NCBI GenBank assembly: GCA_951406725.2 | Contig: OX597837.1 | Coordinates: forward strand, 34,968,001-35,032,000 | Direction of reading: 5' to 3' | Source of the DNA: Octopus vulgaris | Taxonomy: Eukaryota | DNA: 64,000 nt | Shown: piece by piece, positions 40,877-53,115 of the stretch | Layout: each line of letters opens with the position of its first letter | Position numbering within the stretch: position 1 is the first letter of the stretch | Notes under the pieces: model-generated | Seen by the model: only the letters and a program-made list of their open reading frames with translations | What the model was told of the DNA's origin: nothing | The model's database searches: none | Program-made: the position numbers and the translations under genes

Positions 40877-41223
40877 AGAATCCTTGTCCAGTACTGGATC
40901 AATCACAAAATATAATCAGTTTGTGCCAGTCATGAGGTCAAACATCTCTGAAATTTCATCTAAATCCATCCAGTAGTTCTTGGGATATCTTGTCCATGGA
41001 CGAACCAACAAGCAAACAAACATGACTGAAAACAATACCTCCACCTTTGCTAAGGCAGAGGTATTGTTTTCAGTCATGATTGCTTGTTTGTTTGTTTGTC
41101 CATGGACAAGATATTTCAAGAACCGCCGGATGGATTCAGATGAAACTTTCATGGATATTTGGCTTTGTAACTGCTACAAACTGATTAGATTTTTGGATCG
41201 ATCCGATACCAGACAAGGATTCT
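40877..41223. mobile_element. ~350-bp fold-back of two head-to-head copies of a probable Helentron/HINE-like non-autonomous element
   Basis: CATGACTGAAAACAATACCTC / GAGGTATTGTTTTCAGTCATG are inverted about ~41048, with (GTTT)n tracts. The outer ends are AGAATCCTTGTC / GACAAGGATTCT. The family assignment is from memory of the motif layout. Confidence 0.65.
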
Positions 41224-42765
41224 GGATTATTTTTCCTGTTTCTAATTTAGCCACAAGACCAGGAGTTTTGAAGGATGGGAATTAGTCAATACCATTGGCC
41301 CCAGTACTAGACTGATTATTTAACCTATTGACCATGAAGGGGTGAAAGGCAAAGTTGACCATGTCAGGATTTGAACTCAGAATTTTAAAAATCAGAACAC
41401 ACAGTAATTTTTTTATGATGCTCTAACAATTCTACCAGCTTCCAGCACAAATCCGTGAAAGATATCCCTTTCAGGATGGCAGAGAGGTAGGAATATGAGA
41501 ATAATAGTCTAGAGTTTTATTCCTCTATATCCAGATATCAAATCCTGATAGAATCTAACTTTACCTGTCCTTGCTCCTTAGTTTATCAGTCTGGCCTGAC
41601 TTACATAACAGTAGAAGTGTTGAGAATGTGGATAATTAATAGAAGCACTTCAGGATATTTTGCATAAGTCCAAGTCACTTTATGTGAGAAAAACTCTTGG
41701 TTTAATCACAGGATCGTATTTTCACATCAGAACTAAAAAGACATACTCATAAGTCTATCTGAAATCTCTACACATCAAAAAATGTCATTTAGTACTTCTA
41801 TTAATTAATTCATATTGTCAAGGATTGCACTTTATGCAAATGAGGGCTGACAAATTTAGGTTTTAGTTTTTTTTTGTTTTTTTTTACTTCTTGAGTCTGG
41901 AGGAAGGGGCATTGCCTAGGATATTTGTAGGCCCTCCAAGATCTATGTAGGGTCTCTGAGACTAGTAAGTCTCATGCCATTACTATTATGTTTAAACAGT
42001 TGCTGGTCCAACATTTACAGAAGTAACAGAAGCAGGGAGAAGATTCCAGAGAGCTCATGTTTTGGGGAGAAAGGGCTAGGAATAGTGGTTAGAGCCTGCA
42101 CTAAGTACCTGAGCTGTGAAGGTACAAGGTCAGACAGCTCCAAGAACAGAAACCATTGCAGCAGTGATAGATAAGACACACAGAGGAGGCAACACACCTA
42201 TGAGCCAGAGACTAAAGCATATCCATGAGTGATTAAATCCCAATTAAATGAGTGATTATTCTCTGGTTGCAACCCAACATGTCTATATTCATAGCAGCAG
42301 CACCATCCCAGATGTGGCAACAGCACATCAGTACTCAATTGTAAACCTCAAGTGTCAACAGATGTTGAAAGCTGGAATATTGTTAGTTTGTGTATAATAC
42401 AAGTAGCTATAGGCTATATTTCTGAGGTCAGGGAGTGAGTAATTGATCCCTGATAAAGCAGTGAAAGACACTGAAACTAGTTGATTTTATTTCTCTGTCT
42501 TCAGTGAGAAAAATGTGGCTGAACCATTTTCAAATCAAGGCAAAAATCTGTGTTTACTAAAAAGACATGCCTGCATGCAGTGAAGCTGTAATTCAAAAGG
42601 CCAGTTTTGTTAGACACTACCTTATGTTGAATCTACCTAAGGATTACATTAAGAGTACATATGTATATGGAATACTCAACCTCCTACAATAAAAATCACA
42701 GACAAGGCAGTTTACTTGACTGAAAAACTGGAATTGTCATTGTTAATCACTCTCTCTACATAATA

Positions 42766-43656
42766 CATGTTCTGGTCAATAAGTAGCTGGACGTTGCCAT
42801 AGTAATGAAGCTAAAGAGCGCAGATTGAAGCCACTTGGCACAGATTGACCTTGAACTCTGATGTATATGTGCATTAAGTTTTAATGCTCTAGCTCACTTC
42901 CACTCTTTACAGCAGTGCTTGGAAGGAAGGCATGTAGCGTGTGATTGTTGCATTGACCGTGACAGAGAAAGCAGAGCAGAGAATCTGCATCAAATTTTGC
43001 CAAAAGCTTAGTGATACCTGTTCAGAGGCCAATGCAATGTTTTCAAATGGTTTTCATCATTCTCGACACAATCAAGGAGATCTTATGCAACTGAAACCTG
43101 AGTGTCCTTTTAGTCAGTTGAAAGCAGTTATAGCACAAATTTGGCAGATATGCATCTCATACCCAAATCTTCAGTGATAATGGACTGAACTGAGCTGTAA
43201 CTAATCTGCACATCCTCTGGTAACTCACGGATGGTGATTCAATGATTTCCCCTCACAGCTGCACACACATCTGTGATGTTTTTCTCAGTTCCATTGGTTG
43301 CAGGTCTCCCAAAATGTTCGTCAATATTGACATTTATTCAGCCATCTTGGAAATGTATGAATCACTTGTACACTTGTGTGTGGTTCATATATTCCTCTCC
43401 ATACACTTTCAGCTTTGCGCAGGCCTCTGAGTAAGTATCACCATGACAAATTTCTTTGTGATGGTCAATGCGATATGCAAACACTACACGCCTTCGTTCC
43501 AAGCACAGTTGTAAAAAGCGGAAGTGAGCTAGAATGTTAAAACTTAGCACACGTGCACAGCAGAGTCCAAGGTCAACTTGAGCCAAGCATCTTCACACTG
43601 CAGGTTTTAGCTTTGTTGCTATTGCAATAGTCTGGATACTTATTGATCAAACCTTG
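42766..43656. mobile_element. Mariner derivative made of two inverted left ends; decayed transposase N-terminus on the minus strand
   Basis: TA-flanked TIRs. The plus strand encodes EQRICIKFCQKL. The minus strand encodes ..GRPAT..ITIREL.EDVQISYSSVQSIITEDLGMRCISAKFV.. with stops. Confidence 0.85.
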
Positions 43657-43814
43657 TATGTGCATTTGTGTGTATATATATATATATACAAGCACATAAG
43701 TATGTGTAGTTATATATACATACATACATACATGTATTATATGCATATAAATATATATGTATGTAAATATACATATTCACATGGTATTATATACATTTAT
43801 GTATGCATTAAAAT

Positions 43815-44089
43815 GTGGAGGCACAATGGCCCAGTGGGTAGGGTAGCGGATTCACGGTCGGAGAATCATGGTTTCGATTCCCAGATTGGGCGTCGTGTGT
43901 GTTTATTGAGCGAAAACACCTAAAGCTCCATGAGGCTCCGGCAGGGGGTGGTGGTGACCCCTTTTGTACTCTTTCACCGCTGCGATGGACTGGTGTCCCG
44001 TCCAGCTGGGGGAGCACATACGCCATAGAAACCGGGAAACCAGGCCTATGAGCCTGGCTAGGCTTGAAAAGGGCACATAAATAAAAAAA
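43815..44089 (+). mobile_element. tRNA-derived SINE with a family C head and a different, V-domain-like body
   Basis: Head GTGGAGGCACAATGGCCCAGTGG and body GCGATGGACTGGTGTCCCGTCCAG. ATGCATTAA flanks both sides (43803-43811 and 44090-44098). Confidence 0.8.
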
Positions 44090-44491
44090 ATGCATTAATA
44101 TATTTATTTATACATGCAAGTATATCATATATATATATATATATATATATACACATGTTTATTTTATATATACCTTCATATATAGTTTTGAACCAACCCA
44201 TGCCAGCATAGAAAACATATGTTGAATGATGATAATGATGATGAACTACTATGAATCATTCTGAAGATTAGTCTGTTAGTTAATTTCTCAACACACTAGC
44301 ATATATGGGTGTGTGTATATATTATCATATATCTGTATCTTATTATATGTGGGAATGTTGATGCAATATCTATAACTAGTGACATTATGAAACAGTTGTA
44401 AACAAATGGGATAAACATCTATTCTCTCACCTCACTTCTTTTATCTGATCCCTCTCTCTCTCGCTCTCTTTTGCTCTCTCTCTCTCTCTTA

Positions 44492-44523
<32 letters not shown>

Positions 44524-44893
44524 ATGAATATATGTGTGTGTATATATATATTAGTAGAAGTTTTATATATATATATAGACACGTACATATACTACTTTAT
44601 TTAGTTTTATACACACACACACAAGGCACACATGTACATATTTAAGTGAATGTTGAAGAGTTGGTGAGGGATTGGGATTTAGAACTGGTGATGGAGGCTG
44701 TGGTGGTGGTGGTGGTGGTGGTAGCGATATAAAAATGAATTACAAGTTGATGGAATACACAGTACAATAGATGGAAGAACAAAAAAAAATAAAACAAACA
44801 AACAAACACGAGCAACATTTAGAAAGAGTTTCATGTAGTTGGTTCTGCTTTGTATAGGTATTGTATAGGAAATTTCATATTATGTTGTCTTGA

Positions 44894-44924
<31 letters not shown>

Positions 44925-45727
44925 GAATATCAGAAAGAGAAGAGGGAAGACAAATAGAGAAGAAGGAAAAGGGAGAGGAGGTGTGAAAATGAGAAAGAAG
45001 CTAAGAGAGGGGGAGAAAAATAAAGGGAGAGATAAATAGAGAGTGGCGGGGAGGAAGAGAGAAAGTGTGAAAAACACAGAGAGGAGGATTGAGAAGGTAG
45101 CAAAGTGTGAGAAAGAGCATGAGAAAGAGTAAGCAGGTGAGAAAGAAAAGGAGAGTGTGAGAGAAAAAGAGAGAGAGACAGTGTATGTGTGGGGAAAGAG
45201 TGAAAAGAAGAAGTGTGAGGAAGTGTGGGACAGAAGAGAATGGAAAAAACAATATGAAGAAGAGATAATATGAGAGAGTGAGAGAGTGGGAAAAAAAGAG
45301 AGAAGGTAAGAAAGGGAGACCATTAACGAAGGAAGAGGAGATAGGGAAGAAGGTGAACAAGAGTATTATTCAGTGTTATTTCATTGGATAGAGGGAAAAA
45401 TGATTCTAAAACAACACATAAGAAAAGCAGAGACAATATGGTAAAATAGCGGACTTGTCTAAACGATAACAACAACAACAACGATAATAATAATAATAAT
45501 AATTTTATGTGTATGTTCTTTTACTTTCTTTTATCTTTTTACTTGTTTCAGTCATTTGGTTGCGGCCATACCGGAGCACCAGCTTTAGTCGAACGAATCG
45601 ACACCAGGACTTATTCTTTGTAAGCATAGTACTTATTCTGTCGGTAACTTTTGCCAAACCGCTAAGTTACTGGGAAATAATCACACCAACATCGGCTGTC
45701 AAGCAATGGAATGAGGGACAAACACAG

Positions 45728-45781
<54 letters not shown>

Positions 45782-45975
45782 TCATCATCGTTTAACGTCC
45801 GTTCTCCATGCTAGCATGGGTTGGACGGTTCGACCGGGGATCTGGGAAGCCAGAAGGCTGCACCAGGCTCCAGTCTTATCTGGCAATGTTTCTACAGCTG
45901 GCTCCTTTCTGTTTGTGTCTACCAAATCCACTCACAAGACTTTCACCGGTCCAAGGCTATAGTAGAAGATACTTG

Positions 45976-46131
45976 CCTAAGGTGCCACACAGTGGGACTG
46001 AACCTGGAACGATGTGGTTTAGGAGCAAACTTCTTACCACACAACCATGCCTGCACCTAAGGTGCCACACAGTGGGACTGAACCTGGAACGATGTGGTTT
46101 AGGAGCAAACTTCTTACCACACAACCATGCC

Positions 46132-46135
<4 letters not shown>
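45976..46135 (-). repeat. Perfect 80-bp tandem duplication of a family B SINE tRNA head
   Basis: CCTAAGGTGCCACACAGTGGGACTGAACC...CCATGCCTGCA starts at 45976 and again at 46056. Confidence 0.95.
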
Positions 46136-46188
<53 letters not shown>

Positions 46189-46770
46189 ATATACATGCAC
46201 CCACAATATGTACATGTATGCATGCATAGATACACACAATATATATATACATATACACACACACACACACACACAGACACACACTTAGACACACACACAA
46301 ATGCATGCACACATATACACAAACACGCACCAGTGGAATCCACTTATTGTGGTCATTTTGACATGAAGCATTTTTGATAATAATAACCAACTGATAATAT
46401 CATACAAAAGATAAAACAATATCTGAATCTTAGATTCTAACAAGTAGATATTTTTCACTCCGTTTGAAATTATAAGTTTGGGAAACATTAATCTTGATAA
46501 GAATAACAAACTGGTAACATTATCAATGATTACAATAAGCAACTATCACATATGAATATTTGTTTTCACAATTTTCTTTGACTAGATTCAGTTATCAGAT
46601 TCTGGCCATGTTGGGGCACCACTTTTAAGTGTTTTGTCATTCACATTAATCTCAGTCTCCTGCACTTGCTTTTATGGAATCCCCTATTTGTTGAAGCCCT
46701 AAGTTATTGGATGAAAGGGACACAGCAAAAACAACACAAAAACAGGGATATACACACACATATTTTTTTC

Positions 46771-47435
46771 CTTTTTACTTGTTTCGGTCATTAGACTGCG
46801 GCCATGCTGGGGCAACACCGTCGAGAATTTTTAATCGAAGGAATTGACCCCAATACTTGCTTTTTATCTTTTGTTTGAAGCCTGTACTTATTATATCAGT
46901 CTCTTTTGCTGAACTGCTAAGTTACAGGGATGTAAACACACTGGCTGTCAAGCAGTGGTAGGGGACAAGCACAGACACAAAGCTACACACATACACACAC
47001 ATAGAGGCTTCTTTCAGTTTCCATTTACCAGATCCACTCACAAGGCTTTGTTCAGCCTGGGGCAAAAGTAAAGACACTTGCCCAAGGTGTTATGCAAATG
47101 TAATGAACCTGAAACAACATGAATGGGAAGTAGAAGCAAATTTCTTAACCACACAGCCATACCTGCACACACACACACACATATATATATAGTACGTACA
47201 TCCATACATACATACATATACAGACATGGGTGTGTGGTAAGAAGCTTCCCAACCACATGGTTCTGGGTTCAGTCCCACTGCGTGGCACCTTGAGCAAGTA
47301 CCTTCTACTATAGTCTCAGGCTGGCCAAAGCCTTGTGAGTGGATTTGGTAGACGGAAGCTGAAAGAAGCCAGTTGTGTGTGTGTGTATGTATATATATAT
47401 ATATGTATGTATAAAGTTCAATTAGAGGTTCGATG

Positions 47436-47477
<42 letters not shown>

Positions 47478-47550
47478 TGACATGGGTTGGACGGTTTACC
47501 GGATCCAGTCAAACCGTCCAACCCATGTCAGCATGGAAAACGGACGTTAA

Positions 47551-47586
<36 letters not shown>

Positions 47587-47830
47587 TGTGTGTGTGTGTG
47601 TGTGTGTAAATGTCTTTGTGTCTCAGTTTGTCTCCATCACCATTGCTTGACAACTGATGTTGGTGTGTTTGAGTCCCTGTCACCTAGTGGTTCAGCTAGA
47701 GAGACCGATAGAATAAGTACTAGGCTTACAAAGAATAAGTCCTGGGGGTGATTTCTTCAACTAAAACCCTTTTTAAGGCAGTGTTCCAGTATGGCCGCAG
47801 TCAAATGACTGATACGACGAGTAAAAGAAT
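46771..47830. mobile_element. Head-to-head pair of family B SINEs (46771-47165 minus, 47226-47830 plus)
   Basis: Both match 36146-36565. The heads are about 60 bp apart. Confidence 0.8.
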
Positions 47831-48229
47831 AAACGAATACACAAGAACACACACACCCACCCAGTGAGACATATTTATGATCAAACACTATACAAACATA
47901 TATCCATTATACTTTTATGGAGACATACACAGACTTCAATTTCTCCATTTGAATATTAAATAATTCAATCAATAGTGAGGAGAAAAGAGAAAAAGTAAAA
48001 AGTAAAAAAAATAGCATTGATGGGAAGGACAAGTACAAGAAACAAAATCATTCCAATTTCTTCTCATTTTTTTATTAATGGAATGAGAAAGAGACAATTT
48101 TCTTTCTTTTTTTCTTTTATTTATTGTTTATATGGAAAAGCAGAATTACTGGAGAATAAAACAGATTTTTGCAGAATCCCTGCAAGAGAATCAGCTCAAT
48201 AAGAACGGTATGGCTGTAAAATAGTTGAT

Positions 48230-48458
48230 TTCTTAGCTACCCACAAGGGGCTAAACACAGAGGGGACAAACAAGGACAGACAAAGGGATTAAGGCGATTA
48301 CATCGACCCCAGTACGCAACTGGTACTTAATTTATCGACCCCGGGAGGATGAAAGGCAAAGTCGACCTCGGCGGAATTTGAACTCGGAACGTAACAACAG
48401 ACGAAATACGGCTACGCATTTCACCCGGCGTGCTAACGTTTCTGCCAGCTCGCCGCCT
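48230..48458 (-). mobile_element. Young full-length family A SINE (TACCCACAAGGGG-tail subfamily)
   Basis: CpG-rich, with a complete head ...GCCAGCTCGCCGCCTT. It is the monomer of the 2065-3663 array. Confidence 0.9.
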
Positions 48459-48944
48459 TATAGTAAAATATCCTTGGTGTTTAGCACTGTTATATTTTCT
48501 AAAATAGGTAGAAGGCCTTTCATTTTGAGAAGCAGGGTAGGTGAAGTCATTTAAATCACTTCCAGTGCTTAACTGGTAGTTATTTAATCAACCCTGGATC
48601 AATGAACAACAGAGATGACCACAGTGAGATTTGAACTTGGAACATAAAGGAATGCAACTAAATACTGCAAAGTATTTCATCTAAAGCTCTACTAAATGCG
48701 CCAATACACCATCATCATCATCATTATCATCATCATCATTGTTTAACATCCTTCTTCCATGCTGGCATGGGTTGGATGGGTTGACAGGATCTGAAGAGAC
48801 AAAGAACTGCACTGAGCTACAGTGCCTGCTTTGGCATGGTTTTTGCAACTGGATGGCCTTCCTAACACCAACCACTTTACACAGTGTACTGGATACTTTT
48901 CTTTGTGGCACTAGCACTTGTGATATCTCCAAGTAACTCAGACC

Positions 48945-49227
48945 TAGTCTGAGAGATGAAGAGACTGTGGAAGACTTAAATGACAATTATTCCTGTAGTA
49001 GTTGGTGTACCTGTCACAACACCCCAAACTGTTACCAAAGAGTTTCAAGGACATTGAAACAGAAACTCATATTGTTAACCTGCAGCAAAGTGCAATCTTG
49101 TATTCTGCAAGAATCCAAAGAGAGATTCTTAAGATTGGGGAGATTCTTAAGATTATCACCAAGCCTCAAGACAACATCCCTGCTAAATAACATTAATAAA
49201 ACATGCAAACATTATAATAATAATAAT
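48945..49227 (+). pseudogene. 3' fragment of an RLE-type non-LTR retrotransposon (R4/Dong-like) with an (AAT)n tail
   Basis: Translates to EMKRLWKT*MTIIPVVVG and then, after a frameshift, ..HIVNLQQSAILYSARIQREIL. This resembles the ELKRLW..IPVVVGALG..LQK.A.L..ARI.R..L C-terminus of these elements. Confidence 0.65.
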
Positions 49228-49268
49228 GCAGAAAGTCTAGGTCAGCCCAGACTCTTATATCTACTCAA

Positions 49269-49673
49269 TCTTTATATATAAAAGTGAAGTTGTGTGAGTG
49301 TCTGTCTCCTACGATTTAGATTCCTAACTACTCCCACATTTTGCGGTGCAGTTTAACCAAAAGCGGGTATCTTATAGTCGTGATTCATATCGAGCCCTTC
49401 TGGGTATTAGCGAACGTCTACGATGAGTCTACGATTTAAAAAAAAATTACCATCATTTTTTCCCATTTTTAATGCATTTTTTCGCTATTATATAAGGGAA
49501 ATAACTCTCTAAAAATGTCTACGATGAGTCAACGATTTAAAAAAAAATTTACCATAATTTTTTTTCCATTTTTAATGCATTTTTTTTTTGCTATTTTTTG
49601 GCTATAACTCTCTAAAAATGCTTATATAGTTATTTCCCTTACAAACCCGAGCAACGCCGGGCAATACTACTAG
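49269..49673 (+). mobile_element. Complete non-autonomous Helitron
   Basis: 5' A|TC start, 3' GC hairpin CCCGAGCAACGCCGGG followed by CTAG|T, no TSD. Has an internal ~100-bp tandem duplication (GTCTACGATGAGTC). Confidence 0.88.
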
Positions 49674-50407
49674 TAATAAATAAATTAAAAACAAAATATT
49701 TCCATCTTCCTGTATGTTTCCTATGCTTGCGTTTTTATTTTTATTTTTATTTTTTGCTTTTTGTTTCTTTGTTTGTTTGGTTGTTTTTGGTGGTGGGGTG
49801 TAAAAAGAGGTGGACAAAATACTTACAGTATTTTGTAATATCCTTCTACTTTCTGAGATCTGATCCTGCCAATGTCAAGTCTCGTTTTTATCTCTTATCC
49901 TTTTTACTGTTGCAATGAAACAAAGTACAAGTGACTTACTAGAGTTGATCTAATCAAAACTTCCTTCTTGCAAATTTGTAGCCTGGTGCCAGAGTCAGAA
50001 ATATATTTATTTCATATTTGTACATTACATTACATTCCCAATCTCAGAAAATAGTTATCTTATCTTCTTTCCATCGCCAAACTCAATAGTCATGATTTAA
50101 ATTCATGATTATTGGTTTTGATGATAAAACGAAATCAAATAAAATTGATGACAAATATATTAAATGAAATATCTATGATAAGCATGTCAGGCTAGTTGTT
50201 GCACATGTTATTGCTCTGAGCAATAGGATTTCTTCTTCAGCATAAACAAAATTGTTCATAAAGATAAATATATACATATATACATACATACATACATATA
50301 TATATGATGATGATGATGATGATATATATATATATATCGGAGTAAACACATAAATGTGAAACAAGGTGGAAAAAAGAGTACTCAAATACCAGGGATAGAG
50401 TAATATG

Positions 50408-50554
50408 CTTTATTTAAAAGCAGCAGAAAATTCAACAAAACATGTTACTCTGAGTTTCACGTTCCCATTCGTCTAGCAAAAACTGTCCGACGAGCGGGAA
50501 CGTGAAACTCAGAGTAACAGGCTTTGTTGAATTTTCTGCTGCTTTTAAATAAAG
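50408..50554. mobile_element. Palindromic end of a short element between (TA)n tracts, centred on a hammerhead motif
   Basis: ~65-bp inverted arms (CTTTATTTAAAAGCAGCAGAAAATTCAACAAA / TTTGTTGAATTTTCTGCTGCTTTTAAATAAAG). Confidence 0.85.
50483..50520 (+). ncRNA. Minimal type I hammerhead-like motif with a CCGACGA core variant
   Basis: CTGT-CCGACGA-GCG-GGAA-CGT-GAAA-CTC-A-GAG-TA-ACAG. Stem I CTGT/ACAG, stem III ACTC/GAGT, GUA triplet. Confidence 0.6.
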
Positions 50555-50621
50555 TATATATATATATATAAATAAATAAAATCATACACATACACTTGTT
50601 CAAACATACACATATATACAT

Positions 50622-50661
<40 letters not shown>

Positions 50662-50662
50662 C

Positions 50663-50702
<40 letters not shown>

Positions 50703-50869
50703 TACATACATACATACATACATAAAGGTAAGAGATAAAGGAACTGTAAACTTGCTGTTTACCAAATGCATCTAGAGATTACAACAGCATGAAACTGGAA
50801 GTCTGCCATTGTTCTCTCTCTCTCTCTCTTCAGGATATGGTGCAGTAACCCCCATGGGAATATTTCCAC

Positions 50870-51315
50870 TGTTAGTTATAAAATCTTTGCCTTATCTGTA
50901 GCTCCCAACAGTCCCGCCTGAATGTCAGCATGGTTTTTGTGCTAAATGGAGAACAGACATGATATTCACAGCTCATCAGGTTCAGAAGTTCGTAAAACAA
51001 CCACTTGACCTGTATCAGCATCACACAAATCACACAAAGGTATCCACTACACCAAACAGGGAAACTCTCTAGAGGATGCCCTTCAAGTTGGACTGCCCTG
51101 AAAATGTGTGTATTATTCAGCCCTTGTATGATGTGTGGATTTGCTTTAACAGAAAATTCTTGTGGGGTGGGCAGTCTTTGTTGAGAGATGAGTAAAGCAA
51201 GGTGGTATCCTTGCTCTAACTTTAATAAGTTTTCTGTTATTGCTGTAAAAAGCGATTTTGTTAATAACAACACTGGCATTTATATAAGGTATCAACCAAA
51301 AGGAAAACTCTTTAT
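50870..51315 (+). pseudogene. Decayed reverse transcriptase fragment of an RTE-clade LINE
   Basis: Across frames it gives PECQHGFCAKWRTDMIFTAHQVQK, VKQGGILALTL and GIYIRYQPKGKLF. These match the PESQCGFR..TDMIF..RQ.QEK, GVKQGCVLAPTLF and GVYIRYR.DGKLF motifs. Confidence 0.8.
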
Positions 51316-51788
51316 CATATGTCTATTGTTGACACCATTACAGTGATCTGCATATCTGCAAGTCTTTGATTAGAGACTTGCAGATCACTGTTATCTGGTT
51401 AAACTCACTGAGGCTTGTATGTACATGCTTATCGACTGCTTCACTGTAGAATAAGACAAGTCTGGGTTGACAATTAATGGGTTGTAGTTTAGGTGCAAAG
51501 CCAACAGTTTTGTGGAGAATGGGTTAATCAATCCCACAGATCCCTGTATTTGACAGGTATTTTATTTTATCACCCCCAGAGGGATGTAAAGCAAAGTTGG
51601 TTTTGGCAGGATTTGAATTTAAAATATAATGGATCAGAAGAAATATCACAAGGAATTAATTATGATGCTCTAACGAATTTTTTTAGTTCACTGCCTTATG
51701 AATTAACAATTAGGTAACAATTAGAAAGACAGTTGTGTATAGTGATTGCAGTGTGAAATGTGTGCTAAAATCATGCAGGAACCATCTA

Positions 51789-52004
51789 TGAGGGGCTGCT
51801 GAAAAGTCCCTGGCTTTAAGGGTATTGCAAGAGGCTTGGCTGGAGGCTCAACCTTCTGAATTCTTTTACAGGGATTACAAAAACTGAAGGGCCACTGCGA
51901 TAAATGTGTGAATCTGAAAGGGGAATATGCTACATAAAATTACAATTAACTGATCCTCCTGAATTTTTTTTACCCAAAGCCAGGAACTTTTCAGCACCCC
52001 CTCA
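51789..52004. mobile_element. Mariner-type MITE, 216 bp
   Basis: TA-TGAGGGGCTGCTGAAAAGTCCCTGGCTTT / AAAGCCAGGAACTTTTCAGCACCCCCTCA-TA. Confidence 0.88.
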
Positions 52005-52008
52005 TATG

Positions 52009-52296
52009 TTAATTGCAGGCTTGCTGGTGATTGATGTGGTCAATGCAGACCCAGTCATTGTAGCTGCAAGGGAAATTCTGTTCAGTGTTTGATGTTGTCG
52101 AGTCACAGTGCTTCCTCAGTCTTGTTTTGTCTACAGAAGCAACGTTATATGAGTTCTTGATGTAGGAAGCAGACTGGTGGATAATGTAGAGGCTATATGG
52201 TAGACCACCGTCAACCCCTAAACCTAATGCATTATTGGTGCCTTGATGTCTACCACCATTGCAGAGAAGAAAGGCAAACTCACATATCCACAACAT
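52009..52296 (-). pseudogene. C-terminal fragment of an RTE-clade LINE ORF with a decayed zinc-finger-like tail
   Basis: IHQSASY..DKTRLRK..QNFPCSYNDWVCIDHINHQQAC* resembles the IHQA...KRRRRK..FPCS.C...C.SRIGL.SHQRAC end of RTE ORFs. Confidence 0.65.
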
Positions 52297-52859
52297 TATT
52301 TGATCTTAAAAAAAAATAACATACAGCAGCAATATTCATCATCATCCTCATTTAATGTCTCTATTCCATGCTGGCATGGACTCGATTGTTTGACAGGATC
52401 TGACAACTCAGAGGTCTGTGTTGAGCTCCAATCTTTGCTTTGACAAGGTTTCTATGGCCAGATGCCCTTCCAAACATCAACCACTTTACAGAGTGTACTG
52501 GCTATATTTTCATATCACCAGCACTTGTGTGGTCACCAAGACCCCGTGACAGAGTTAGAGGTGGGTTACAGTATGGAGCAAAGTGGTTTTGTGCCAAGTG
52601 TTGAGGAGCTAATGTATGATGTGGTGTCAGGAACAGGCGTCTTGCTGTAGAGGTGATACATGGCTATCCCAGCAGGAAGGGGAGAAAGGATGGTGGAAAA
52701 TGAGGTGTCAGGGTATACTCATAAGGACAAGAATGTGAATGAAGACAGAATACGGTCGGATAATCTGAGACAGTTGGGTGGGTAGGTTCGTGAGAGCATA
52801 AAAAGAAACTGATAGATGGTAGAGATGCACACACATATAAAACTGCAAAACACACACAC

Positions 52860-52889
<30 letters not shown>

Positions 52890-52890
<1 letters not shown>

Positions 52891-53115
52891 TTTTACTACC
52901 CACAAGGGGCTAAACACAGAGAGGACAAACAAGGATAGACAAAGGGATTAAGTCGATTACATTAACCCCAGTGCGTAACTGGTACTTAATTTATCGACCC
53001 CGAAAGGATGAAAGGCAAAGTTGACCTCGGCGAAATTTGAACTCGGAACGTAACGACAGACGAAATACAGCTACGCATTTCGCCCGGCATGCAAACGTTT
53101 CTGCCAAGTTGCCGC

